From assembly GCA_002269645.1 (NCBI GenBank), contig NIVC01003552.1, positions 1 to 49,280 on the forward strand: 49,280 nt of DNA, in the 5' to 3' direction. The DNA is from Macrostomum lignano. Taxonomy: Eukaryota. Positions 12,601 to 24,094 of the stretch are shown here, in pieces (position 1 is the first letter of the stretch; the number at the start of each line of letters is the position of its first letter). The notes under the pieces were generated by a model that was given only the letters and a program-made list of their open reading frames with translations, had not been told where the DNA came from and did no database searches. Made by a program: the position numbers and the translations under genes.

Positions 12601-15600
12601 CAATTAACATAGCGATCCTAGGGCTGCCGAACGAATTGTCATGAAGGCATTCAACCTCTTCTAGCGGGCATTGCTAGTGGAGCCATTCCACTGACGGGAT
12701 GTTTTATTTCTGGCAAAGAACTTTTATAAGCTGCAGTGGAACATCGGGGTATAGGGATAATGGAGATAGGCTATGATATACTTACCCTTAGGAAATTACT
12801 GCTAAACCACAGTTTTTTCCGTTCAAAGAGGTCCCAACAGTTTGCTGTCATCGTTCAAGACAAGACTGAGGAAATTTTCAATAAACAAAGCGTTCAGTTA
12901 TATCCGCTGTTAATGATACAAAAGCAAGATAGTCCCAGGCTGTGTCTGTTCACCCGTGTGTTGAATAGAAACTGGCTCAGCATTTTATAGTATGCCAACC
13001 CTGAAGCAAATAGAACCCAAGACCACACGGATTTATCATGCGATTAAGAAATTTTGTGAACAACATTGAAAAATCATGCATGGTTTCGAGGGAAAACAAG
13101 TGATAGACGAATGCTCTTAGCTAGCGAACTGTTTCTGGGAGTCGCACAATAGTAAGCATATGTACGAGGACATTCTCAACAAATTATTGTTTATGCGGAG
13201 CACGATTAGCTATAGTATTTAACTCTAGAGATTACGAGATATAGATTTGCGCTACGAGAGTATTAAAGGTCTGGGAACTACAGAATTAGAACTGTACAGA
13301 ATACAGAATTAAGACTTCCTGGCGTATTCTCCAGCCAAGGCCCAATATGCCCAATATAGTTCGGAAATAATGGTCGGCGCTCCGCATAAATCGACCTGTG
13401 ATTAAGTGACCTGTGATTAGCTAAATTGTCCATTTTTGCATATAGTGGTTACATAAAATTGTAGAAATAATAATTTTAGCTAATATTGTCTATTCGGGGT
13501 TCCTAAATAAATATATCGCTTGCGCTTTCACCTTCATGCAAAATTATATATCGATATGTACTGTTTTGGAATTGAAATCCTGTCGGGAACTGATGACGTA
13601 ACTCACCTTGCATATCCGCTTTATCGCGGCCTGGGCGTGAGTACGCATTAGTTAGCATATTTGCATTAGTAGATGAAGCTCTAGTATAGAAAATTGCCGA
13701 GTACCAACAGTTACGCCAGCTACTTTGTTATAGATATGGCTAAGTTTAAATGTTAGTCTCTAAAGAGTACAAAGTATAAGGATTTTCACACTTATTGATT
13801 ATTTTTCAGTCAGAAAACAGCTTTCTTGCTTTTATTTATCTTCAAGCATTCTCTTATGCAGATGAATGCTCATTGCTCTTAGGTATTTGAATAAGAAATA
13901 GTTAATTAGTCGCAAAATAATTTACGGATAGAACATAGAACATAGAAGAGAAACAAAATGCAGAAGATGATTAAAAGCAACTATACGAAAGAAGCATCCG
14001 TCAGATAGAAACAAAATCCGCGATAATTAATACTCAAAGATCAATAATGCTGTAATTAGCCTTAAACGGGGAACATTTAGTTTTCAGCTAAAAAAGTGAA
14101 TTCTTACCAGCACTTTCGGCGGCTTTCCAAAGTCCCTTCTTGAAGATCATTTTTAGCTGGCGCTTCTTCTCAAAGTCGCCACCGAAGATGTTGATGACCA
14201 GGGTGGGCCGGGTCAAGTCCCACTTTTTCCCTAGAATCTGCTGCAAAGCAGAGTCTGGGGTGTTGCTATCCAAACGGACGAACTGCAAAGCGCGTTTTGA
14301 GGGAGTGAAACATTTTGAAGCCTAAATAACGAAAGGAAACCCAAGTTTTAATTGATAAATGTTCACAAAAAGTCACTAGGTCATTTGCTGAATCAGAATG
14401 GAATGTTTTTTACAATGCAGTTGTCATACGTTATACATCGGCTGAATGTGGGTTTCATTGTAAAATTACCGGTTTTATTGCCAGCGACCACGTGTCTCAA
14501 CCGACGGGCTTAAGAGAAAGCATCACGTTAACATATATTTGAGATTGTCCTGATATATTCCAGGACACTAAAATGTTGGGTAACGCAACTGCACGATTTG
14601 TTCTCAAAGTCATTCTCATAGTTATCAGTCCCTATAATTCCCTCACTTCAGACAGAGACAGTTTTTGCATCTACTCTGAAGAATATTTCTACGTTTACAC
14701 AGCAAGCCAGTAAGTGCTACCCGACTGCAACAAAAAGGATGTCACACAGTAGTTACCTCAGACTCTTCCTATAGCTATTACATTGAAAAATTTATACCAT
14801 CCTGTGCTAATCGTTAAACAGTGGGGTGGATGGGGGTAACTGAAAGATCCCGCTGGTCCAGTAGAAGTGAAACAATGGCTTCATTCAGGATTTCATGTCA
14901 ACTTCCTTCGTTCTTGCTTTTTTCCGTTATGAAGCCACCCAGCAGCCAACTTCCTTTACCACCAGAAGTTCAGCATCAGCATCAGTTTGAGAGACGTGCA
15001 GAGACTTTCTGGGGAGCTAGTCTAGAAGTTTAGAAGGCATTAACAAGGGGCGTTGGGTTCTGCTTAACGACGGCTAGAAAACTACGCTTGGAGAAAACAA
15101 TTGGAGAAGCAGAGACTTAACCATGCCTTCTTAAAAAGTACTTTTAAACTCTCTTTATCGACCCTCTTTACGATTTTGTTTTTTCTACTTTTTAAGCTCC
15201 ACTTAATGCAAAGGTTGATTTGATATTGGCGCGATAATCTATAATATTGCAAATTTCCTAATAGATTCCATTAGTTGGAAAGTAATTGTGATCGCTTGCC
15301 ATCCAACTGGGACGACTGGCGCGCATCACAATAATGAAAAAAGAGAAGTTCTGAACCGCAGTTGCCCATTGGGAAATTAATTTAATTGAGAAATTATTTC
15401 ATCTCTAAGAATGAAAGAGAAGTTTTCTATCAAAAGAGTTTCTGAGTTGAGGAGACGATGCCAGTGAATGCAAGCAAAGTGCATCAAGGAACTCACCTTA
15501 GCCAATTGCTTCAATCCGGAAAATTCGATTTCTCCAAATGTTTTGCTGGCTTCTTCATTTTGCTGCTGCTGTTGCTGCTTGAGGCTCTGCCTTCTGAATG

Positions 15601-17731
15601 AACCGCCACCGCCACCTCCAACTGAAGCTGCGGCCGTGGCCGACACCGAGGCGATCGAAGCCGCCCCAGCTGACGACGCCGGTCCCCAACCGGTTGTTGA
15701 TGAGACTCCAGGATGCGGAAAATCCATCAGAGGTTTGCGTCGCTGGAGTAGCTGCTGATGCTGATCTTCGGCGTGTCTCTCAACCGGCTGGCCGCACACG
15801 CACAATGAGCTGTTTCTGAAGATTTTCAGAGAGCAGTTCCCGATGGTAACTTCATTCTTTAGGTAAAATGGTTCGTTAAGATTTCCTTGCATCATTTAGT
15901 TTTGTTTCAGAGAAGACATTTGGATAAATTTCAGGCAACGACAGACTGTCTACGCGTGTAATATCCATGGACATTGTGACATGATGGTAGATGGTCGGAT
16001 CAAGGACTTAAGGCAGACATACACCGCCCATAGACCTACAGAGCCGAGTTATTGGACGAATGAACTGTCCAAAAAGAACTTTGTAATGCAGAGCTCTCTC
16101 ACCTTTTCGGCCGGTAGTTGACACAGATTGGCCTATCGAGTCGGAGCGGGTACCATTGCTGCTCTCGATTCTAAAAATTTATATTAAAATTTAAAGTTTA
16201 AAGATTAATTTCAAGCTGGGCTGCTGAGCCAGTTTTGTTCGGTTGGTCCGGTGGGGCGGGATGAATTTAAGTGACTCATTGCTGCCAAAAATGGTAGACC
16301 GCTGCCGCTTATAGACTCTAAATTTTTCCTGCCGTTCCGTCGCTCAAGCACCTCCGCGCCAGCTGTTCTCATTGGCTGGATGGCTTGAGCACATGCAGAC
16401 TACTGTGCTCAAGCCGTTTAGCCAACCAACTATTGGCTCATGAGTTTTATATTTTAATGTCCCTTAATCTTGTCGCATTATGTATAGATTGCAAGCTGGG
16501 CGTATAAAGTAATGCTTAAAGATTCAGGTCAGATTCAGAAACGGATATTAGCCTGATCCATGCAACTGATAGAATAAAAGCAGTTAGGAACCTCGCTAAG
16601 GTGTTTGTTCAGTTAATTCGATCGCGTTGGACTTTGGGGCTCTACCGATTATCAAGGTGACAATGGACCCGCAGCCAGTCCAGTCATGCCAATTCTGCAG
16701 ACCCCTGAGCACACTCACAGGTATATACGCAAGCAAAGGGTGTACAGCGGCCCTGACTTTCTAACCGTCAGGCATGTACAGTCTCTGTGCCTTAGGGATT
16801 GACCTTCATGGCTGTGAATCGCACGACGTTACTCGTATGATCAAAGCAAGGTCATAAAGTGGCTCATAATTCATTCCTTCGACTGATACAGAGCGTTATA
16901 CTGAAGTTGCATTCATTCATGCGACGCAAAGTCCATCACGACGCCTTCAGTTCAGAGTGAACATCAACCAGTCTTGACTACTACACCGTGGACTACTTAT
17001 CACCATGAGGTCAGACCGGCATCGCGGTCTCCGATCTTATGCAGGGTAAAGTGGTCTGTGTTCAGACATCACCAACTGGATTCTATGATACTCTGTTACC
17101 TAATTCCTTTACTCGTCATTGACCTACTACTGAGTTCTGTCGGAAATGGGTTTCCACTTTTTCAACTTTTTGCAGAGACATTTTATATTTTTTGTAGAAT
17201 ATTTTATATTGCATTTTACATCTTTGGCACTCGATTTTGAACATTTTCTAAGAAATGCTCTTAAGTCGGCAAATGGCGTATATTATAACACGATTCAGCG
17301 TGCATTTTAAATGCTAAAAGCGTGCTTAACGGCTATGTAGTGATTGTCCCATGCTGTACGCTCATTATTCAACGCGTTGAAATCATTACTCATCAAGGCT
17401 ACTAAAATTACATTCATGAGACAATGGCGAGATATGGTGCACGGCTTGATCTTGCAACAATGCCATATACGCTCGTGCGCACCATGAGTGCGCATAGAGT
17501 CCATACGAAAGGTTTCTTACAAAAGGTTGCTCAGAACGTATTCACCTGTCAACAGCTAAAACTAAGGCGCGCAAAAAAGCCGCCTGTAGCGACAAGTAAG
17601 ATGCGTGTATTTCTCTCAGCAACGCGCCAACTCACTTCTCTAATTTGTTTCAAAACAAACTGCCGATCTCGTCTAGAGTCGGGTCGTTGTCGACTGGTCG
17701 AGTCCTCCTCGATGAAGACAGTTGTGGCCTC
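647..17731 (-). CDS. TRPM: TRPM-family cation channel, N-terminal cytosolic (MHR1-4) part; partial gene continuing beyond the window start
   Basis: Phase-consistent GT-AG exons on minus: 17636-17731 and 16103-16170 (both lower confidence), 15497-15815, 14108-14282, 10401-10570, 9621-9944, 8097-8215, 7677-7849, 6759-6874, 6510-6659, 5506-5559, 2277-2433, 1610-1828, 647-739 (lower confidence). TRPM motifs in order: CVCGQPVERH..FGEIEF; FVRLD..WDL..PTLVINIFGG..FKKGLWKAA..GCWIVTSG; LDPNHTHYFLVD; PIVAVKGTAGAADVL; DLDGKMISSLL; LTLNRADIARDKIF; ALMEDRHDFVKLFLEQG; LREVGKVIKVLVGDFYQPLY. The start codon and the TM-domain exons were not located. Confidence 0.9.
1371..1455. repeat. Short degenerate minisatellite, ~20-bp unit (gtatgacccctcctgtgtct), 4-5 copies
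   Basis: Directly visible tandem copies in a TRPM intron. Confidence 0.6.
1903..2200. repeat. (CTCTC)n pentanucleotide microsatellite
   Basis: Near-perfect CTCCT/CTCTC run in the TRPM intron 1829-2276; source of the spurious LSSPL and RRGEE ORFs. Confidence 0.95.
2640..3248 (+). mobile_element. Non-coding retroposon (SINE or 5'-truncated LINE end) with (AAC)n tail
   Basis: Perfect 14-bp direct repeat aaacagctcaaagc at 2626-2639 and 3249-3262 flanks a 609-bp GC-richer insert ending cgttt-aacaacaacaac. No RT coding remnant recognised. Confidence 0.75.
4642..4965. repeat. Minisatellite, 31-bp unit (gccatagacatcactctccatattctccagt), ~10 copies
   Basis: Tandem copies visible in a TRPM intron. 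Confidence 0.9.
6989..7656. mobile_element. hAT-like MITE (668 bp) with internal 21-bp minisatellite
   Basis: Perfect 8-bp TSD gtcctgag at 6981-6988 and 7657-7664. 14-bp TIRs caggggcgtcgcca / tggcgacgcgcttg (2 mismatches). No ORF. Lies 20 bp inside the donor of the TRPM intron 6875-7676. Confidence 0.85.
7107..7505. repeat. 21-bp minisatellite (cattttggcgccgcaggcact), ~19 copies, inside the MITE
   Basis: Tandem copies; give the spurious ALILAPQ / AAGTHFG ORFs. Confidence 0.95.
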
Positions 17732-18288
17732 CTGAAATTTGATTGTTACCTTGGATTATTAATTTAACGCTTTATTGTTTGGGTAGCTACAAATGTTTTA
17801 CAACTACAAATACAATTGGATGGGAATCAAACAGTTGATCTTGCCTCGTCTTCCATCAGTCTGCTCTGCGTCAGCGACTGGAACTGCCAGTAATAGGCCA
17901 TATTCTTAGGGAAAAGTTGAGTCTTTAAGCGTTTCTGTTCACAGTAGAAGTGATTCTATCGGATGGGCAGCACTATATAGTGTGCTGCTCAAGATTGAAT
18001 ATCAATATAAGAAATTATTCACTTCAAAGAGATCCCAGTTTTAGTAAAAAAAACCTGTTTTGGAATGTGCACTACAATGCCGCAACCACTTGCAAGCCTT
18101 GCTTGCGTCTCTTCGATTCTTTGCTACGTTGAACCGAGTTTTTTGTAATCGGGAGAGGAAAAGTTGGACATCCCGATCCAATGGCCGCTTTGCCAATCGG
18201 GAAAAGTGCAGTTTGAGAGAATGCACGGGAAATTGCGGTCAGCCTTGTAAAAGTCACGTCAAAGATTCGGAGGAGAACTTACCGACCT

Positions 18289-19075
<787 letters not shown>

Positions 19076-19934
19076 TTTAACAAACAATTCAGAAGTATGA
19101 CTTATTGAACGTACTTGATGACTTGTTGAAGCCATTTGAAAGACTCGCTTCGAAGAAGTCTTAGCCTTTGTTCGAAAAGACATTTGCTTCAATATGCCAG
19201 CTAAACCTTTGCCTTGATTTCAATAAATTTTATTTGCTTTCCATTTTTATTGTCTTGTGCATGCATTAAAAGACGTAGTTACGAGAATCGCTACACATGT
19301 TGGCGCTCTCAGGCAAGTGTGAAAGCACCACCCTGTCCGCCTGCACCGAATAGCTTGTAACCCGCGCTGTTCAACCAACCCAAAAATGTCTGACTGCCAG
19401 ACTGCTTCTCCTGAGAAAGCATCTGTCGCGAGCTGACAAATAAGCATTGCTACACATGAAAAAAAACAATCGTGCATTAATAATCCAGAATTTCTAACAA
19501 GAAATTAAATTGCGTCGTTCTTAATAACGTAGGTCGTGGAGCCTTGATATTTATAACTACCAGTATACATAAAGATTGATCTTACTCACCCAGTTACAAA
19601 GGGGTAGTCTGGAAGATTAGCTAGTGTAGACAAATTGCTCTGTTTAATGTCTAAATTAGAGAGCTAAAATTCGAACAGAAAACCGTGGCTTTAAGAATGC
19701 GTTATTTCACACCTTATTTCAGTTTCACAAAGTTTCACACCTTTTTTATGTCTAGATCTGCTCTTCGAGCTGGTATGCTTAAGGCTGGTTTGAAACTTAA
19801 ATCACTAACAATATCAGCTGCCATGTGAAAGGCCCTGGCTGCCGTACAGACAGTCAGTTTATTCGGGCGGACTGGCGCCATTCTGTCTGGGAGCTGCCAA
19901 TAAAAACCGAACAATTAAGCGACTTGACAGTATA

Positions 19935-20256
19935 CACGCCTCCCCTGAAGAGAGAGTTTGGTCAATGAAATATACCCTAAAAAATATTGATTTCCCATGA
20001 ATCTATGACCCAACAGACGTCCAAAAAAGCAATAGTTGAAATCCTATCGCATTGTCTGCATAGTGTACAGGTATGCTAATTAGTACAGTGATTTTTAGTA
20101 CCAGGTAGGTACTACAAGAAGAACAAGAAGGTCTGAGAGAACATGGCAACCATCCTGCAGCAACGAAAATGCTAAAACAAGGTAAAATTTACGTTTCTGT
20201 TCATTCTCTGTCACTTATGGTTCATTAATAGTGTTTTTATTACCTGTCCATACCTG
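19935..20256 (+). repeat. Left terminal inverted repeat (322 bp) of the Chapaev-like element
   Basis: Reverse complement of 23502-23823 with one mismatch (20185 A versus 23573 C). Confidence 0.93.
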
Positions 20257-20823
20257 TGTACACCTGAAAATTATGTTTTTGCATACTATATTGTGCTGAA
20301 TTCACACCAGGGCGTGTATCTTCACACTTATCATTGTACGAGCGTATTTACATGTATATGCTCGTGGCTCAAAATAAATTGAATTCAATATTCTGGCTGC
20401 AGACTTTTCTTTCTGTTTCAATAAGCTATTTGGCCCATAGACATCTCCAGATGATGAGGCAGTCAGAACTAGGAGACAAGTTAATTCCAGTATTTTCTTC
20501 AGAACAAAAAGAAATAGCAAGCAGCAGCTGATACACTTTTACTAAACTTTTACTGAAATTAAAGTTACTGTAAGTGAGACAACTAGCTATGAAAATGAAA
20601 AGGGTATATTTGAGTGAGATACTCTAGGTCGACATTTATAAGCTGAGTGAAAGCGTACAATACACGATTGAGTGTAATATGGGGTGGGGCGATCAATAAT
20701 TTGGGGGAATGTACGTATGAGCTACATAAATATGCATGTAATATATTAGACTAATTGAGCGTGCAGGTAAAAATACAAGAAAGAATAATAAAAAAATACC
20801 GCGACACTGGCTGCTCCAGAACA

Positions 20824-22863
20824 ATGCCAAACAACAAGCGCTCACATGAAGAAAATCGAAGATGTGTGTGCATCTTGTGCTTTTGGAAGGGAGACCGACC
20901 GCTGACAGCCACTCTTGAAGCGCTGATTGAATGCCATGTGCTGCCAGGCTTCGCTGACCATCGTGGATTTCTGCCTTTAAGCATCTGCAACTCCTGCAGA
21001 ATCAAGCTGATGTCACAAAGCAGCCGTGCACCAACACCTCTGCCGCCAAAAATGCCCTACGAGCAAGTTATTGCAGATCTGCGCTGTCTTCCGCCACTCA
21101 CTCGCGAACGCCCCGATTGCAACTGCTGGGTGTGCCATGTGGGCTCCAGCAGAGCCAACAAGAATGTGGCTGTATATCACCCTTTCATGCCAGATGAGTC
21201 TGCTGCTGGTATTGCGACGCCACTTGGTCGCCCTCCAAATAAGGCACCTGGGCCGATGGGAGACAGTGTCGTCAAACGCTGTGAGACGTGCTCATCGCCA
21301 GTGGCACGTGGATTGAGGCACCAGTGTGGACAGGCGGCAAAACTGCGCTATCTTGATGCCCTAAGCCCCTACTCAAGGGAGCACGTAGCCTGCAGTCTTC
21401 TGCGTGAGAAGCTGGGTGTAGCCACCTCTTCTGGCTCCTTAGCAACTGCAAGCCTGACTTCTGGCACAGGTGGGCGCCCACTCCAAGTTCAAGTGGCTGG
21501 TACATCAACTACCGAGATTGCGTCGGTCCAGCATAGCACTATGCGAGCCGTAAAGACTGCACTCAACCTCAGCACCAGTCAGACGCTACGTGCGGCTCAA
21601 GTGATCAGAGAAGCGTCCGGCAGCAAAAAGGCCGTGCAGTCTGGGCTGAAGGAGTTTCTGTTTGCTGAAGGTCAGAGTGTCGCCAAGTTTTTTACAGCTG
21701 AGCAGCGGCAGTTTTTCCGCAAACAGCCTAATGGACAAGAGTGTGTGATCGAACGGTCTGTCGTGTTCTGCCGGGATGTATACGCTTTTCTGGCGCATGT
21801 CAGTAACTCGAGAGGCACTGCTGAGATGCACCAGAGAGTGAAACTTGCGATTGATGGAGGAGGCAATTCCTTAAAGGTGTGCGTCAGCGTTACCGTGGAT
21901 GACAGAGGATGCACTTCGTCTGCCCAATTTAACCGATTTATGGACTCTGGAGTGAAAAAGATCCTCATCCTGGCCCTTGTTGAGGATGTCAAAGAATGCT
22001 ACCAGAACGTTAGTGTACTAATGTCAACCATCGACATCAGCTCCATTAACTTCACGTTGGCCTGCGATTTTAAACTGGCAAACATAATCAGCGGGATCCA
22101 GAGCCATTCTTCATCGCATCCCTGCCTGTACTGTGAGGGCAGGCCTCCATGGGAAGTACCAGCACAAAGGAGGACGCTCGGCTCAATTCGACACCTGGCA
22201 AGTGAGTTTCAGGCAGCTGGTGGACACCAGCCTCTAGCCAAAAACTTTGCCAACTGCGTCCAGCCTCCACTGCTACCTGGGAGCGATTCTGCTGAACTGC
22301 TGGACGTGGTACCACCGCCAGAGCTGCACATGATGCTTGGCATTGTGAACCGATTGCTTGATGCTCTCAATGCAAGCTGGGGTGGCAACAAGGCCTACGA
22401 GTGGGCCTATGAAGCAGGCATCTGCAGGCAGCAGTATCATGGAGGTTGCCTGGAGGGCCCAGCGTGCAAAAAGCTCCTTCTGAAGGCGAGTGAGCTGTGG
22501 AGCGTGCTGCCTCCACACCTGAAGCTCTACGCAACAGCACTTCAAGACTTCAACGCTGTGCGCGAAGCTTGCTTTGGCCAAAGTCTGGCAGCTGATTACA
22601 GTCTCTACATTGCTCGCTTCCAGACGACATGTAGGTACCTCGAGCTTTCAGTTACGCCAAAGATGCACGCGCTTTTTGACCATGTGCCAGCGTTCTGCGG
22701 CAAGTATGGCAAGGGGCTTGGCAGCTTTAGTGAACAGGCTGTTGAATCAGCCCACAGTGACTTCGAAGCCACCTGGCAGCGCTATAAGCGCCCCCTAAAT
22801 CATCCTCAGTATAGCACGTGTCTACTGCAATCCATCATAAACTATAATTCATTTCACATCTGA
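20824..22863 (+). CDS. Chapaev-like DDE transposase, 679 aa from the first ATG
   Basis: Uninterrupted ORF. N-terminal Zn motifs HEENRRCVCILC..LPLSICNSC..CNCWVC and CETC-x9-HQC. Core motifs KLAIDGG, LACDFKL, HPCLYC, PPELHMMLG, PKMHALFDHV and FSEQAVES are colinear with the RAG1/Transib/Chapaev core. Confidence 0.88.
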   Translation: MPNNKRSHEENRRCVCILCFWKGDRPLTATLEALIECHVLPGFADHRGFLPLSICNSCRIKLMSQSSRAPTPLPPKMPYEQVIADLRCLPPLTRERPDCNCWVCHVGSSRANKNVAVYHPFMPDESAAGIATPLGRPPNKAPGPMGDSVVKRCETCSSPVARGLRHQCGQAAKLRYLDALSPYSREHVACSLLREKLGVATSSGSLATASLTSGTGGRPLQVQVAGTSTTEIASVQHSTMRAVKTALNLSTSQTLRAAQVIREASGSKKAVQSGLKEFLFAEGQSVAKFFTAEQRQFFRKQPNGQECVIERSVVFCRDVYAFLAHVSNSRGTAEMHQRVKLAIDGGGNSLKVCVSVTVDDRGCTSSAQFNRFMDSGVKKILILALVEDVKECYQNVSVLMSTIDISSINFTLACDFKLANIISGIQSHSSSHPCLYCEGRPPWEVPAQRRTLGSIRHLASEFQAAGGHQPLAKNFANCVQPPLLPGSDSAELLDVVPPPELHMMLGIVNRLLDALNASWGGNKAYEWAYEAGICRQQYHGGCLEGPACKKLLLKASELWSVLPPHLKLYATALQDFNAVREACFGQSLAADYSLYIARFQTTCRYLELSVTPKMHALFDHVPAFCGKYGKGLGSFSEQAVESAHSDFEATWQRYKRPLNHPQYSTCLLQSIINYNSFHI

Positions 22864-23501
22864 GCCAAATATGTCATAACTTGTAACTTGCAAATTCCAA
22901 TTTACTACTGCCAAGATAACTACAAGTAAACTGTTGAAAAAAGTAGTTAGTAGTTAGTACATTGGTTTTGCTGTTACATTCAATGGTTGTATTTTGACAA
23001 CCCACTAAACTCGTATGTTTGTATTGGGTAAAGCAGAAAGTTGTCGCAGGTTTTAAGGCCTTCTATGAAATGAAGTGCTTGAAGTACATGTAATGGTACT
23101 GTATCACAGTAGCTGGAACTTGAATTCGGGTTTGCTCTACATCAGTCAATGCATGTCTTTTTTATTCTGCAGCACACAAGGCTTCCAGAAATTCTGTAGG
23201 CTTATCTTCGCAAATTGCAAGAACTTTCTGTTTTACTAAATATTGTACTAGCTTTAACAACTATTCTAGCTATTTTACTCTAGTTATTCTACCCGTGTAG
23301 TCATTTGCCGCCAAAATAAGCTTGTAATTCCCAATGACCTCTGCTTATGCTTTCTGTTTTTGCGAAACTTTTCTCTCTTCAATAGTTACTGGCTTTGTTT
23401 TGACTCTCAGTGCCAGTCTATCGCTGCACTGCTCCAAAAACTTTAAAAAATTGAAAACGTTACTAGGAAAACACAAGCTCCATGTGTAAATTAATCTCAG
23501 T

Positions 23502-23823
23502 CAGGTATGGACAGGTAATAAAAACACTATTAATGAACCATAAGTGACAGAGAATGAACAGAAACGTAAATTCTACCTTGTTTTAGCATTTTCGTTGCTG
23601 CAGGATGGTTGCCATGTTCTCTCAGACCTTCTTGTTCTTCTTGTAGTACCTACCTGGTACTAAAAATCACTGTACTAATTAGCATACCTGTACACTATGC
23701 AGACAATGCGATAGGATTTCAACTATTGCTTTTTTGGACGTCTGTTGGGTCATAGATTCATGGGAAATCAATATTTTTTAGGGTATATTTCATTGACCAA
23801 ACTCTCTCTTCAGGGGAGGCGTG
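23502..23823 (-). repeat. Right terminal inverted repeat (322 bp) of the Chapaev-like element
   Basis: Reverse complement of 19935-20256. Confidence 0.93.
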
Positions 23824-24094
23824 TATAGTAATACTCGGGACACAACACCCTTCGATAGTGACAGATTTTTACCTGCCAAGACAATTTTTTATCAAAGCTT
23901 TGCTCTCGAACTCGAACTCAAAGCCGTTATCTACATGCAGTGTCAGTGCGAGCTGACAGTCTATTACCGAGTTTCCGTCTCATTTCGAAATTTGACCTGT
24001 TAATTACCGTGCGGCCACTTCTGGTGGATGATAATTGTGGTGCATGTACTTGTACATGCAGTAGAGTGAGCTTTAGTTGTCATTAAACTCTTTA

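Larger units (their letters stand above)
19935..23823 (+). mobile_element. Full-length Chapaev-type (CMC superfamily, RAG1-related) DNA transposon, 3889 bp
   Basis: 5'-CAC...GTG-3' termini flanked by TATA on both sides (19931-19934, 23824-23827), with homology stopping outside. TIRs 19935-20256 and 23502-23823, 321/322 identical by manual comparison. Single intact transposase ORF inside. Confidence 0.9.

Noticed and set aside
13590-13650. CTGATGA followed by a stem (cgtaactcac/gtgagtacg), hammerhead-like
   Set aside because: The required GAAA after stem II is absent (catta follows), and no stem I/III could be built.
19935-23823. ProtoRAG/RAG1-RAG2 transposon or Transib identity
   Set aside because: Termini are CACGCCT, not an RSS-like CACAGTG plus nonamer. 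The duplication is 4 bp, not 5 bp. Only ~570 and ~640 bp lie between the ORF and the TIRs, with no RAG2-like ORF.
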